From the NCBI GenBank assembly GCA_034430475.1, contig DAOUEA010000094.1:8725-72724 (forward strand): DNA of 64,000 bases, read 5' to 3'. The position numbers and the translations under genes are program-made. Shown here in pieces: positions 19,482-29,766 of this stretch. Source of the stretch: Chloroflexota bacterium (lineage in GTDB: Bacteria; Chloroflexota; Limnocylindria; Limnocylindrales; CSP1-4). How positions within the stretch are numbered: position 1 is the stretch's first letter; each line of letters starts with the position of its first letter. The notes under the pieces are model-generated. The model searched no databases. It was not told where the DNA came from and saw only the letters and a program-made list of their open reading frames with translations.

Positions 19482-20968
19482 TGCTCGTCACCCTCGCTCT
19501 GGCCACGTTTGGCCACCGTCGCCTCCGCTTCGCCCTTGGAGACCGGCTCGCCCTCCGTGTCCTCCAGGACGAACTTGTGGCGGGTCGTGTCGTAGGGCAC
19601 CGGAACCGGGTAGCGGCCGTCGAAGCAGGCGAAGCAGAAGCGCTCGTACGGCAGGTCCAGCGCCGACAGGACGCCCTCGATCGAAAGGTAGGCCAGCGAA
19701 TCTGCGCCTACGAATTTGCGGATCTCCTCGACGGAGTTGGTCGAGGCGATCAGCTCCGTCTCGATCTGAGTGTCGATGCCGTAGAAGCAGGGGTGGTGGA
19801 TCGGCGGGGAGCTGATGCGGAGATGGATCTCGCGCGCGCCGGCCTTGCGCAGCAGAGCCACTATCTGGCGGGTGGTGGTGCCGCGCACGATCGAGTCGTC
19901 CACGACCACCAGCCGCTTGCCGGCCACAACGTCGCGCAACGGGCTCAGCTTGACCGTCACGCCGCGCTGGCGCATGTGCTGGCTGGGCTGGATGAAGGTC
20001 CGGCCGCTGTAGCGGTTACGGACCATCCCCTCGCTGTACGGCAGGCCCGAGCCCTCGGCGAAGCCCGCGGCGGCGGGGGCGCCCGTGTCCGGCACCGGCA
20101 CAACCAGATCCGCCGGCGCCGGCGACTCCTTGGCGAGGGCCAGGCCCATCCGGCGGCGCGACTCGTAGAGGTTGCGACCGAGCATGTAGGAGTCCGGCCG
20201 GCCGAAGTAGATCAGCTCGAAGACGCACAGCTGCTGGTGCCCCTCGGCGAAGCGGACCGAGGCCGGCTCCTTGCCCTCCTCCAGGATGACGATTTCGCCC
20301 GGCTCCACGTCCCGCACCACGGTCCCGCCGGCCACCTCGATGGCGGCCGACTCGGAGCTGACGACCCAGCCGCCCGAACGGCGGCCCTCGGGGTCATCCG
20401 CGGAGGGTGCCAGTCGGCCCAGGACCAGCGGCCGGATGCCGAACGGATCACGGACCCCGATGACTCGCTTCTGGTCGAGGATGGCCAGCGAGTAGGCGCC
20501 CTGTACGAGCGGCAGGACCTTCTGCAGAGCTGCGATCGTGTCGCCGGCCGGGTCGTCGGCCAGCAGTGCCGTCAGCAGCTCGGTGTCTGTGGTGGCGGCC
20601 AGGCGGGACTTGCCGCCCGGCAGGTGCGACAGCAGCTCGCGGGTGTTGACCAGGTTGCCGTTATGGCCAATGGCGATCGACCGCGCCCGCCCCAGCCGGA
20701 AGGTGGGCTGGGCATTCTCCCAGACCGTGGACCCGGTCGTGGAGTAGCGGCAGTGGGCGATGGCCAGCGGCCCGCGCAGGCTGGGCAGGCGGCGCTCGTC
20801 GAGGACCTGCGAGATCAGGCCCAGGTCCTTGTAGAGCATCAGCTGCTCGCCGTCGCTGACGGCGATACCGGCCGATTCCTGGCCCCGGTGCTGGAGCGAG
20901 AAGACGCCCAGGGCCGTCAGAGCGGCAGCGTCGGCGCCGGGTGTGACTGCGCCGAAGATGCCGCACAT
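19478..20968 (-). CDS. purF: Amidophosphoribosyltransferase
   Basis: MCGIFGAV... supplies the N-terminal nucleophile Cys. SLQHRGQESAGIA and the PRT motif VVVDDSIVRGTT are also present. The start is ATG 20968; the longer track ORF is an out-of-frame overlap with purL. Confidence 0.95.
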   Translation of the reverse strand: MCGIFGAVTPGADAAALTALGVFSLQHRGQESAGIAVSDGEQLMLYKDLGLISQVLDERRLPSLRGPLAIAHCRYSTTGSTVWENAQPTFRLGRARSIAIGHNGNLVNTRELLSHLPGGKSRLAATTDTELLTALLADDPAGDTIAALQKVLPLVQGAYSLAILDQKRVIGVRDPFGIRPLVLGRLAPSADDPEGRRSGGWVVSSESAAIEVAGGTVVRDVEPGEIVILEEGKEPASVRFAEGHQQLCVFELIYFGRPDSYMLGRNLYESRRRMGLALAKESPAPADLVVPVPDTGAPAAAGFAEGSGLPYSEGMVRNRYSGRTFIQPSQHMRQRGVTVKLSPLRDVVAGKRLVVVDDSIVRGTTTRQIVALLRKAGAREIHLRISSPPIHHPCFYGIDTQIETELIASTNSVEEIRKFVGADSLAYLSIEGVLSALDLPYERFCFACFDGRYPVPVPYDTTRHKFVLEDTEGEPVSKGEAEATVAKRGQSEGDEQ

Positions 20969-20970
20969 GG

Positions 20971-23328
20971 CTAGCTCTCGCCCTCGAGGCCCAGCGCCCG
21001 CGCCAGGCCATGGTCCCAGGCATGTCGCAGGTCTGCCAGCGACACGTCCAGCGCGTCGGCCACGCGTGAGCCGCGGTCCTCGGCCGCACCGGTGGCGCCC
21101 TGGCCGGTCAGCTCGATCTGCAGCCGTTCGCCGCCGACCGTGCCCAGTATCCGCGACGGCAGGCCGAACTGGCGAGCCAGCAGCTCCAGGGCGGCGGCGT
21201 GGCGCGGCCGGCAGGAGAGCGCCAGGCGCGACGGGCTCTCGCCGAAGAGCTCGATGGCCGGCGAGCCGGAGACGCCAAGGCGCAGCTGCGCACCCAGCCC
21301 GCCCCACATCGCGCACTCGGCTATGGCCACAGCCAGGCCTCCCCCGGAGACGTCCTGGGCCGAGGCCACCAGCCCCCTGCCGATTGCCTCTCGGATGAAG
21401 GACTGCAGGGCCGCCTCCCGCTCCAGGTCCAGGGCGGGTGGGGCGTCCTCCGAAGCCAGGCCGGCCATGGCTGCGTAGGACGACCCGGCGAGCCCTGGTG
21501 CGCTCTCGCCCACCAGAATCACGCAGTCGCCTTCGGCCTGGAACGGCGGGCGGACCAGAAGCGCGACGTCGTCCAGGAGGCCGACCACGCCGATCAGCGG
21601 CGTGGGCGAGATGGCCCCACCCGGGTACTCGTTATAGAGCGAGACGTTGCCGCCGGTCACGGGGATGTCCAGCGCCCGGCAGGCGTCGCCCATCCCGCGC
21701 ACCGCTTCCTGGAGCTGCCAGAAGGCCTCCGGCCGCTCGGGGTTGCCGTAGTTGAGGCAGTTGGTGATGCCGAGCGCGCGGGCGCCCATTATCGAGATGT
21801 TGCGCGTCGCTTCGGCCACCGACAGCTGGGCGCCGAGGTACGGGTCCATGGCCCCCACCGTCTGGTTGCCGTCGGTGCTCGCCACCAGGCCCATGGTCGT
21901 GCCCTTGACCCGCAGCACGGCCGCGCCGTGCCCGGGCCACTCCAGGGTGTTGCTCTGGACCGAGGAGTCGTACTGCTCGTAGACCCAGCGCCGGCTCGAC
22001 AGATTGGCGCTGCCGAGCAGGGCCACCAGAACCGCGGCCGGGTCCATGCCCCGCTCGGGCAGCCCGTCCTGGGCCGTGAGCGGGATCCCGGGGGCCGGTG
22101 CGGGACGGCGTCGCGCCGGCGGAGAGGCCAGCCGATAGTGGACGATCGCATCGCTCACCAGGGCCTTCGCCGGGACCCGGGCGATCGTCCGGGCGTCCGG
22201 GTTGGGCTCGCCGTCCGGGCCGATCCCGCCCTCGATGACGTGGATGTCGCCGTCGGCGGTGACCCGGCCGACGACCGCTATCGGGATGCCCCAGCGTTCG
22301 CAGACGTCCCGCACGGCCTCGTAGTTCTCCGGCCGGCAGGTGGCCGCCATGCGCTCCTGGGACTCGGAGATCATCACTTCCCACGGCTCCATGCCCGGCT
22401 CCCGCCGCGGGACGGCGTCCAGGTCGAGCAGGATGCCGGTCCCGGCCTTGTCGGCCGACTCGGAGGTGGCGCAGGTGATGCCGGCCGCTCCCAGGTCCTG
22501 GATGCCCTCCACCAGGCGGCGGTCGATCAGCTCCAGGCTGGCCTCGATCAGCAGCTTCTCGGCGAAGGGGTCGCCGACCTGGACGGTGGGCCTCTTGTTG
22601 GGATCGTCGTCGGCGAAGGTGGCACTGGCCAGCACGCTCGCCCCGCCGATGCCGTCGCGCCCGGTCGTCGAGCCGAACAGGACGTAGTAGTTGCCCGGGC
22701 CCGGCGCCTCGGCCAGGATCAGCATCCGCTCCTCGAGCAGGCCGATGGCCATGACGTTGACCAGGGGGTTGCCCTGGTAGCAGGGGTCGAAGACCAGCTC
22801 GCCGCCGATGGTGGGCACGCCGACGCAGTTGCCGTAGCCGCCGACGCCGCGAACGACGCCGTCGACCAGGTGCCGGGTGCGAGGATCGGTCGGGTCGCCG
22901 AAGCGGAGAGCGTCGAAGACGGCGATCGGGCGGGCGCCCATGGTGAAGATGTCGCGCAGGATCCCGCCGACGCCCGTGGCCGCCCCCTGGTAGGGCTCGA
23001 CGGCACTGGGGTGGTTATGGCTCTCGACCTTGAAGGCCACAGCCAGCCCATCGCCGATGCGGACCACCCCGGCGTTGTCGCCGGGCCCGGCCATCATCCC
23101 CTGGCCCCGCGTCGGCAGGGTCTTCAGCAGCGGCTTGGAGCTCTTGTAGGAGCAATGCTCGCTCCACATCACGCTGAACATGGCCAGCTCAGTGTGGTTG
23201 GGATCGCGGCCCAGCTTGGCCCGGACCGCCTCGAACTCGTCGTCGGTCAGGCCCAGCTGGCGGTGCAGCGGAGCCGGCTCGGCCGGCTGGGCCGGCTCGG
23301 CCGTCAGGCCCGTCGGGTCGGCGCTCAT
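20971..23328 (-). CDS. purL: Phosphoribosylformylglycinamidine synthase subunit PurL (FGAM synthase II)
   Basis: [41 protein letters not shown] and [21 protein letters not shown] are PurL motifs. The start is ATG 23328, overlapping the purQ stop (ATGA). Confidence 0.95.
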   Translation of the reverse strand: MSADPTGLTAEPAQPAEPAPLHRQLGLTDDEFEAVRAKLGRDPNHTELAMFSVMWSEHCSYKSSKPLLKTLPTRGQGMMAGPGDNAGVVRIGDGLAVAFKVESHNHPSAVEPYQGAATGVGGILRDIFTMGARPIAVFDALRFGDPTDPRTRHLVDGVVRGVGGYGNCVGVPTIGGELVFDPCYQGNPLVNVMAIGLLEERMLILAEAPGPGNYYVLFGSTTGRDGIGGASVLASATFADDDPNKRPTVQVGDPFAEKLLIEASLELIDRRLVEGIQDLGAAGITCATSESADKAGTGILLDLDAVPRREPGMEPWEVMISESQERMAATCRPENYEAVRDVCERWGIPIAVVGRVTADGDIHVIEGGIGPDGEPNPDARTIARVPAKALVSDAIVHYRLASPPARRRPAPAPGIPLTAQDGLPERGMDPAAVLVALLGSANLSSRRWVYEQYDSSVQSNTLEWPGHGAAVLRVKGTTMGLVASTDGNQTVGAMDPYLGAQLSVAEATRNISIMGARALGITNCLNYGNPERPEAFWQLQEAVRGMGDACRALDIPVTGGNVSLYNEYPGGAISPTPLIGVVGLLDDVALLVRPPFQAEGDCVILVGESAPGLAGSSYAAMAGLASEDAPPALDLEREAALQSFIREAIGRGLVASAQDVSGGGLAVAIAECAMWGGLGAQLRLGVSGSPAIELFGESPSRLALSCRPRHAAALELLARQFGLPSRILGTVGGERLQIELTGQGATGAAEDRGSRVADALDVSLADLRHAWDHGLARALGLEGES

Positions 23329-24038
23329 CGGGCCGCCTCCCAGGCCCGAGCGCTCTCGACGAGCGAGGCGATGATCTGCAAGCCGTCGTCCCGGCCCAGG
23401 ATCGGCTCGCACATCCGCTCCGGATGGGGCATCAGCCCGGCCACGTTGCCGGCGGCGTTGCAGACGCCGGCGATGGCCCGCAGCGAGCCGTTGGGGTTGG
23501 CCGGGTCGTCCGGGTCGAGAGCCGGCAAGCCATCCTCTCGAACGTAGCGCCACAGCACCTGGCCGTTCCGCTCCAGCTCGTCCAGGCCGGCCTCGTCCAG
23601 GTAGTAGCAGCCCTCGCCGTGGGCGACCGGGATCCGCATGGCCGCCCCGGACCCGGACTTCGTGAACGGCGAGTCGAGACGCTCGGGCTTGATCTTCACC
23701 AGCTTGCCGGCGAAGCGCAGCGAGTGGTTGCGCAGCAAGGCCCCCGGCACCAGGCGAGCCTCGGCCAGGACCTGGAAGCCGTTGCAGATGCCCAGCACCG
23801 GGCCGCCCCTGGCGGCGAAATCGGAGACGCCGCGCATGACCGGGCTGAAGCGGGCGATGACCCCGGCCCGCAAGTAGTCCCCATAGGAGAAGCCGCCCGG
23901 CAGGATGACGGCCGAGACCCCCTCCAGATCCGGCGACTCGTGCCACAGGCGAACGGGCTCCGCGCCGGCCACGGCCAGGGCGTTGAGCGAGTCGACGTCC
24001 GAGTTGGAGTCCGGGAAGACGACGACGCCGATTCTCAC
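23325..24038 (-). CDS. purQ: Phosphoribosylformylglycinamidine synthase glutaminase subunit PurQ
   Basis: 237 aa. [35 protein letters not shown] and MPHPER are present. The GTG start overlaps the purS stop (GTGA). Confidence 0.95.
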   Translation of the reverse strand: MRIGVVVFPDSNSDVDSLNALAVAGAEPVRLWHESPDLEGVSAVILPGGFSYGDYLRAGVIARFSPVMRGVSDFAARGGPVLGICNGFQVLAEARLVPGALLRNHSLRFAGKLVKIKPERLDSPFTKSGSGAAMRIPVAHGEGCYYLDEAGLDELERNGQVLWRYVREDGLPALDPDDPANPNGSLRAIAGVCNAAGNVAGLMPHPERMCEPILGRDDGLQIIASLVESARAWEAAR

Positions 24039-24340
24039 CTGGACTTCACCCTGGCCGAGGCCTTCGTCGCGGACTTGACCGACGACGTCCCTTCCAGCAG
24101 CTCGACGGCGTTGGACTCGATCAGTGGGTTGGACAGCAGCTCTTTGGCCAGGCCGTCGACCACGGCTCGGGCGTCGGGCTCCTTCTCGGCCGTGACGGTC
24201 AGCTCCACGCGGCGGCCGACACGGACATGGGAGACGTTGGTCACGGATAAATGGGGCAGGCTCTGCTCCACGGCCCTGCCCTGCGGGTCGAGGATGCCGG
24301 GCTTGGGCAGCACGTTGACGGCGTACCGGAACTCGCTCAT
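24035..24340 (-). CDS. purS: Phosphoribosylformylglycinamidine synthase subunit PurS
   Basis: 101 aa. [21 protein letters not shown] is the PurS signature. The ATG overlaps the purC stop (ATGA). Confidence 0.9.
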   Translation of the reverse strand: MSEFRYAVNVLPKPGILDPQGRAVEQSLPHLSVTNVSHVRVGRRVELTVTAEKEPDARAVVDGLAKELLSNPLIESNAVELLEGTSSVKSATKASARVKSR

Positions 24341-25311
24341 CGGGCGATCACATCCTCCTTCAGATAACGCTCGAAGCTGGCCGTGGTGATCCGTTCGAAG
24401 GCGGTCACATAGCGCCGGCGCGTGTCGGCGACGATCTCCGGCGGCAGCTCCGGCCCGGGGTAGGTCTTGTCCCAGTCGAGGGTCTCCAGCCAGTCCCGGA
24501 CCGGCTGCTTGTCGTAGCTGTCCTGCGGCCGGCCGGGTTCGTACTTCTCGGCATCCCAGAACCGGCTCGAATCGGGCGTCATCAACTCGTCGATCAGCAT
24601 CAGCTCGCCCGTGTCGACCGAGGTGCCCATCTCGAACTTCGTGTCCGCCAGGAGAATGCCGGCTTCCTCGGCGTCGTCCGCGCCGCGCCGGTACACGTCC
24701 AGCGCCACGTCGCGCACGCGCTCGGCGATCTCACCGCCGACGAGCTTCACCATCTCGTCGAAGCTGATGTTCTGGTCGTGGCCCGCTTCGGCTTTGGTCG
24801 AGGGGGTGAAGATGGGCTGACGCAGCTGGTCGGATTCGCGAAGCCCGGGCGGCAGCTCGATGCCGCAGATGGACCCGGTCTTCTGGTACTCCTTCCAGCC
24901 CGATCCCGCCAGGTAGCCGCGGACGATGATCTCCACCGGCAGGACGTTGGCCTTGCGGCAGATCATCATCCGGCCTCGCAGGTCGCGCTTGCCGGCCTCG
25001 TCGGTGAACTTCCACGGCAGTGAGTCCGGGCTGGTGCTCATCAGGTGGTTGTGGATCAGATCGGACGTCTCGGCAAACCAGAAGCGCGACAAGCCGGTCA
25101 GCACCCGACCCTTGTCGGGAATGGGTGTCGGCAGCACGACGTCGAAGGCGGACAGCCGATCGCTGGCCACCAGCAGCAGGTTGTGCTCGATCTCGAACAG
25201 GTCGCGCACCTTGCCCGAACGGACGAACGCGTCCGAGCCTTCGAGCGTGTGCCCGGCAGCCCGCGGGTCGCCGGGGTTCTCGGGCGCGCCCGACTTCGGC
25301 CTAGCGGGCAT
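24337..25311 (-). CDS. purC: Phosphoribosylaminoimidazole-succinocarboxamide synthase (SAICAR synthetase)
   Basis: GKVRDLFE, LVASDRLSAFD and LADTKFEMG are PurC motifs. The start is set at ATG 25311, preceded by GAAAGGAGG; it overlaps the purB 3' end by 11 nt. An alternative start lies at 25371. Confidence 0.9.
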   Translation of the reverse strand: MPARPKSGAPENPGDPRAAGHTLEGSDAFVRSGKVRDLFEIEHNLLLVASDRLSAFDVVLPTPIPDKGRVLTGLSRFWFAETSDLIHNHLMSTSPDSLPWKFTDEAGKRDLRGRMMICRKANVLPVEIIVRGYLAGSGWKEYQKTGSICGIELPPGLRESDQLRQPIFTPSTKAEAGHDQNISFDEMVKLVGGEIAERVRDVALDVYRRGADDAEEAGILLADTKFEMGTSVDTGELMLIDELMTPDSSRFWDAEKYEPGRPQDSYDKQPVRDWLETLDWDKTYPGPELPPEIVADTRRRYVTAFERITTASFERYLKEDVIAR

Positions 25312-26635
25312 CGGCGGCCTCCTTTCGGGTGGGCGGGAGCAGGTCGTCCAGTCGGGCCATCGCGGTGGCAACGTTGCGCAGAAAGTGGCTTTCGTCGAAG
25401 CAGGCCGCCAGCGCCTCGTCCGAGAGCCGCCCTGCGACGTCCGGGTCGGCCATCACCACCTCGCGCAGATGACGGCGCTCATCGGCGGCTCGCAGCGAGT
25501 TGCGCTGGACCACGGCGTAGGCGTTCTCGCGGCTCATCCCGGCCTGATCGACCAGGGCCAACAGAACGCGGCTGCTGCAGTGCAGGCCCAGCCCGCGCTC
25601 GATGTTCTCGCGCATCCGCTCCGGCCGCACGACGAGCCGCTCCACGAGGCCGCACGCCTTGACCAGCATGTAGTCCAGCAGGATCGTGGAGTCCGGGAGC
25701 AGGATTCGCTCGGCCGAGGAGTGGCTTATGTCGCGCTCGTGCCACAGCGGCTGGTTCTCCATGGCCGCGGCGGCGTAGCCGCGCAGCAGTCGGGCCATGC
25801 CCGCGATGCGCTCGGAGAGGATCGGGTTGCGCTTGTGGGGCATGGCGCTGGAGCCCTTCTGACCGCTCTTGAACGGCTCCATCAGCTCGCCGATCTCGGT
25901 GTGCTGGAGGTTGCGGACCTCCGTGGCGATCCGCTCCAGGCTGCCCCCGGTGATGGCGATGGCGGCCAGCAGCGCGGCGTGGCGATCGCGCTGGACGATC
26001 TGGGTGGAGATCGGGTCGCGGTGCAGGCCCAGGTCGGTCAGGACCTCGTCCTCCAGATCGGGGTCGAGGTGGCTGTACGTGCCGACCGGACCGGAGACCT
26101 TGCCGGTTGCGACATCGTCGACGGCGGCCGCCAGGCGGGCCCGATCGCGGGCGATCTCGAACGCCCAGCCGGCGATCTTCAGGCCCAGGGTCGTCGGCTC
26201 GGCGTGGACCGAATGAGTCCGGCCCATCATGACCGTGCCGGCCTCGGCGCGGGCGCGGGTGACGAGGGTCTCGACGAGCGCATCCGCGTCGTCGAGCAGC
26301 CGCCGGCCGGCGGCCTGGAGCTGCAACGCCAGTGCGGTGTCGACGACGTCGCTGCTGGTCAGGCCCAGGTGCAGGAAGCGGCCCTCCTCGCCCACGGTCT
26401 CGGCCACCTGGCTGACGAAGGCGATGACGTCGTGATCGGCCGTCTTCTCGATCTCGGCGATGCGATCGACATCGACGCGGGCCCGGCCCTCGATGGCCTT
26501 CAGCGCCTTCGCCGGAACGGTGCCCCGGCTCACCTGCGCCCGGGCGACGGCGATCTCGACGCGGAGCATCTCCTCGAAGCGGGCCTGGTCGGTCCAGATG
26601 GCGCCCATCTCCGGCAGGGTGTAGCGCGGGATCAT
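25301..26635 (-). CDS. purB: Adenylosuccinate lyase
   Basis: [14 protein letters not shown]... and [11 protein letters not shown] (the lyase signature) are present. The ATG at 26635 overlaps the purD stop (ATGA). Confidence 0.95.
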   Translation of the reverse strand: MIPRYTLPEMGAIWTDQARFEEMLRVEIAVARAQVSRGTVPAKALKAIEGRARVDVDRIAEIEKTADHDVIAFVSQVAETVGEEGRFLHLGLTSSDVVDTALALQLQAAGRRLLDDADALVETLVTRARAEAGTVMMGRTHSVHAEPTTLGLKIAGWAFEIARDRARLAAAVDDVATGKVSGPVGTYSHLDPDLEDEVLTDLGLHRDPISTQIVQRDRHAALLAAIAITGGSLERIATEVRNLQHTEIGELMEPFKSGQKGSSAMPHKRNPILSERIAGMARLLRGYAAAAMENQPLWHERDISHSSAERILLPDSTILLDYMLVKACGLVERLVVRPERMRENIERGLGLHCSSRVLLALVDQAGMSRENAYAVVQRNSLRAADERRHLREVVMADPDVAGRLSDEALAACFDESHFLRNVATAMARLDDLLPPTRKEAADAR

Positions 26636-28080
26636 GGCCGTTCCTCCGCTGCCGCCCATCCGGACGAGATCGGCTGCGCAGCGCCCTCGGGGGCTGGCGC
26701 CGGCAGCCTGGCGGCGATGTCGCGACGGCGCTGCATGCCATCCCAGCCGACCTTGTCCGCAACGCGCTCCGCTTCCGCCCGGGCGGCGGCCAGGCTGCTG
26801 CCCAGGCCCACGACCGCCATCACCCGGCCGCCGTTGGTGCGGTAGCGGCCCTCCTCATCCTGCACGGTGCCGGCGTGGAAGATCGTGGCCCCGGCCCGGG
26901 CCGCCTCGTCGAGGCCGTCGATGACGTCGCCCTTACGAGGGTTCTCGGGGTAGCCGGCCGCGGCCAGGACGACGACCACGGCGGCATCGCCGGTGGTGGG
27001 CAGGATCATGCTCCGCAGCCGCAGCTCCGCGGCGGCTGCAGACAGATTCCCCCTGGCCGCGGCCAGGAGCAACGGCCCCAGTGGCACCGACAGCCGCGGC
27101 AGGATGGCCTGGGCCTCGGGATCGCCGAAGCGGGCGTTGAACTCGAGCAGCACCGGCCCCTCGGGCGTCAGCATCAACCCGGCATAGAGGGCGCCGCGGA
27201 ACGGCATCCCGCGCCGCGCCAGCTCCGCCAGGACCGGCTCGTGGATGGTCTCCAGCAGCGTGGCGCTCAGGCTCTCCGGGATGTCCGGCACGGGCGAGTA
27301 GGCGCCCATGCCGCCGGTGTTCGGGCCTTCGTCGCCGTCGAGCAGGCGCTTGTGGTCGCGAGCCGCCGGCAGCGCCAGGGCGTTTCGGCCGTCGCAGATG
27401 GCGATCAAACTGGCCTCCCGGCCCGCGAGCCGCTCTTCCAGGACGACGACCGGCTGCGCCTCGCCCTTCCCGGCCGCCTTCGCGCCCCCGCCTGGCAGAT
27501 CGGCGAACAGCGCCCCCAGCGCCGTCTCGGCGCCGGCCAGGTCGTCGCAGACCGTCACGCCCTTGCCTGCGGCGAGGCCGTCCGCCTTGACCACCACCCC
27601 GCGAGAGCCTCGGGCGCTGGCCAGCTCCGCGGCGAACGCCAGCGCCGGATCGAGCTCGGAGAACGATTCGCCGCGGGCCATCCGCACCTTGGCCGCCGCG
27701 GCCACGTCACGGCAGAAAGACTTGCTCGATTCGATGCGGGCGGCGGCCTGCACCGGCCCGAAGCACGGGATCCGGGCCTTTGCGAGGGGATCGGCCACGC
27801 CGACGGCCAGCGGGGCCTCGGGCCCCACCACGACCAGGTCCACCTTCTCAGACCTGGCCAGAGCCAGGACCGCGGCCGGGTCCAGCGCCGAGACCTCCGG
27901 CACGCAGCGGATCTTGCGCTCCGCGTCTATGGCGTGGCTCCCCGGGGCGACGATCACTGACTGCACGTCCGCCTCGCGGGCCAGTCTCCACGCCAGGGCG
28001 TGCTCCCGGCCCCCCGACCCCAGGACGAGCACCCTGGCGGGACCGGCGGCCTGCGACCTGGAGCGGACGGTCCGGCTCAT
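26632..28080 (-). CDS. purD: Phosphoribosylamine--glycine ligase
   Basis: ARVLVLGSGGREHALAWRL and an ATP-grasp core (VVKADGLAAGKGV, GPNTGGMGAYSP) are present. The ATG at 28080 overlaps the purA stop (ATGA). The 938-aa track ORF upstream of this point is out of frame with purA and is not PurD. Confidence 0.93.
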   Translation of the reverse strand: MSRTVRSRSQAAGPARVLVLGSGGREHALAWRLAREADVQSVIVAPGSHAIDAERKIRCVPEVSALDPAAVLALARSEKVDLVVVGPEAPLAVGVADPLAKARIPCFGPVQAAARIESSKSFCRDVAAAAKVRMARGESFSELDPALAFAAELASARGSRGVVVKADGLAAGKGVTVCDDLAGAETALGALFADLPGGGAKAAGKGEAQPVVVLEERLAGREASLIAICDGRNALALPAARDHKRLLDGDEGPNTGGMGAYSPVPDIPESLSATLLETIHEPVLAELARRGMPFRGALYAGLMLTPEGPVLLEFNARFGDPEAQAILPRLSVPLGPLLLAAARGNLSAAAAELRLRSMILPTTGDAAVVVVLAAAGYPENPRKGDVIDGLDEAARAGATIFHAGTVQDEEGRYRTNGGRVMAVVGLGSSLAAARAEAERVADKVGWDGMQRRRDIAARLPAPAPEGAAQPISSGWAAAEERP

Positions 28081-29477
28081 TGCGGCCCCTTCGCTCCCTT
28101 CGCCACCTTCGGCCCCTTCGCCTTCGGCCCCCTGGCCGTGCCGGCTGTGCCTGCGGCCGCCTTCACCTTCGCCCGGCCGTTGCCCTTGGGCCGCTGAGGT
28201 CGCTCCATGCGGACGATCGTCTGGTGACGCTCCGGCCCCACCGAGACCAGGCAGATCGGCGCGCCCGACAGCCGCTCCACGGCGTCGAGATAGCGGCGGG
28301 CGTTCTCGGGTAGGTCGGTCATCGAGCGGCAGTCGTGCAGCGGTTCGGTCCAGCCGGGGAAGCGCTCGTAGATCGGCTTGGCCCGCTCCAGGATGTCCGC
28401 GTCCGACGGCCACCAGTCGACCCGCTTGCCGTCTACTTCGTAGGCCATGCAGATCAGCACCTCGTCCAGGCCGGACAGGATGTCGATCTTGTTGAGCATG
28501 ATCGAGCTTACGCTGCTGACCGCCACGGCATAGCGCAGCGGAACGGCGTCGAACCAGCCCACCCGGCGCCGCCGGCCGGTCGTGGTGCCGTACTCGCGGC
28601 CGCGGTCGATGATCCCCTCCCCGATCTCGTCCGTCAGCTCGGTGGGGAACGGGCCCGAGCCCACGCGCGTTGCGTAGGCCTTCATGACGCCGATGACCTC
28701 GTCGATCTGCAACGGCCCGATGCCGCCGCCGGTGCACGCCCCGCCCGCTATCGGGTTGGACGAGGTGACGAACGGATAGCTGCCGTGGTCCAGGTCGAGC
28801 AGCGTCCCCTGGGCGCCCTCGAACAGGAGGTGGTCTCCGCGCGCCAGTCGCTCCTGGACGAGCTGAGTCGTGTCGGCCATATGGGGTGCGAGGCGCTTGC
28901 CCCATTCGACCCCCACGACCACCAGGTCCTCGAGGTCGAAGCTTTCCATGTGGTGCTGGCGCTGGAGAGTGGCGTTCTTCTCGGGCAGGATGCGGGCCAG
29001 CTTGTCGCGCAGGGCCTGGCCGTCCAGCAGGTCCTCCATTCGGATGCCGATGCGCCAGGCGCGGTCCGCATAAGCGGGGCCGATCCCCCGCCGTGTCGTC
29101 CCCACCGCGGCCTTGGCCAGGCGGGCCTCCATCGCCCCGTCCAGGGCGATGTGGTAGGGCATGATCACGTGGGCGTGGCGGCTGACGCGGACGCGGTCCA
29201 CCTCCAGCCCGCGGATGGCCAGCATGTCCAGCTCGGAGATGAGCGTGGCCGGGTTGACGACCACCCCGTTGCCGATGATCGGAGTGATGTGCGGGTAGAG
29301 CACGCCGCTCGGGACGAGGTGTAGCTTGAAGACCTCCTCGCCGAGCATGATCGTGTGGCCGGCGTTGTCGCCGCCCTGGTAGCGCACGACGGCCGTGACG
29401 TCCTCGGCCAGGAAGTCCGTCGTCTTGCCCTTGCCTTCGTCCCCCCACTGCAGGCCGACGATCACTGTGGCGGGCAT
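28077..29477 (-). CDS. purA: Adenylosuccinate synthetase with a basic Lys/Ala/Gly-rich C-terminal tail
   Basis: MPATVIVGLQWGDEGKGKTTD (P-loop) and GTTRRGIGPAY are present. The start is ATG 29477, preceded by GGAGGGAGAGGG. About 41 extra C-terminal residues read RPQRPKGNGRAKVKAAAGTAGTARGPKAKGPKVAKGAKGPQ. Confidence 0.95.
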   Translation of the reverse strand: MPATVIVGLQWGDEGKGKTTDFLAEDVTAVVRYQGGDNAGHTIMLGEEVFKLHLVPSGVLYPHITPIIGNGVVVNPATLISELDMLAIRGLEVDRVRVSRHAHVIMPYHIALDGAMEARLAKAAVGTTRRGIGPAYADRAWRIGIRMEDLLDGQALRDKLARILPEKNATLQRQHHMESFDLEDLVVVGVEWGKRLAPHMADTTQLVQERLARGDHLLFEGAQGTLLDLDHGSYPFVTSSNPIAGGACTGGGIGPLQIDEVIGVMKAYATRVGSGPFPTELTDEIGEGIIDRGREYGTTTGRRRRVGWFDAVPLRYAVAVSSVSSIMLNKIDILSGLDEVLICMAYEVDGKRVDWWPSDADILERAKPIYERFPGWTEPLHDCRSMTDLPENARRYLDAVERLSGAPICLVSVGPERHQTIVRMERPQRPKGNGRAKVKAAAGTAGTARGPKAKGPKVAKGAKGPQ

Positions 29478-29531
29478 CCTATCCCTCTCCCTCCAGCCTG
29501 ACCCCGCGGCCGTCCGTGCCTGTACCCCGGG

Positions 29532-29566
29532 AAACAAAAAGGCCCTCGACCTGATGGTCAGGGACC
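29532..29566 (-). terminator. Intrinsic (Rho-independent) terminator or attenuator hairpin 55 nt upstream of the purA start
   Basis: The minus strand reads GGTCCCTGACC-ATCA-GGTCGAGGGCC, an 11-bp stem with 1 mismatch and 2 G-U pairs. It is followed by TTTTTGTTT. A T-run of that kind is conspicuous in this GC-rich sequence. Confidence 0.7.
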
Positions 29567-29766
29567 TGGGTAGACTGCCCCTCCGAAGGAGCCGCCGCGA
29601 CTCCTGGGGGCGCGAAGGTGGTGGCTCGTCTCACGGGGCGAGCGCCACGCCTTCCTGAGGCAACGTGCACACCTCGGCAATCATCGATTGGCGCGGGGAC
29701 CTCCTCTCCCGCACCCGAAGTATAGCAGGCGGCCCGGGGCGGGCTGAGGGGTCCGGCCTCGTGCCT

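Noticed and set aside
26632-29448. 938-aa ORF that would make a giant PurD
   Set aside because: Only the C-terminal 482 aa (from ATG 28080) are PurD. The upstream 456 aa are an out-of-frame read through purA with Arg/Gly/Pro-rich nonsense composition. The same applies to the 991-aa purL track ORF upstream of 23328 and the 612-aa purF track ORF upstream of 20968.
29478-29766. Assigning the purA leader to a known class (purine, ZTP/pfl, PRPP-ykkC riboswitch, SRP or 6S RNA)
   Set aside because: I could not find the conserved cores I remember for these families, such as the purine three-way junction loops, ACUGGCG...CCGCCUGGGC for ZTP, GGUCCGAGAG...ACACGG for ykkC, or GGAA-tetraloop/AGCA for SRP. 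It is kept only as an unclassified candidate.
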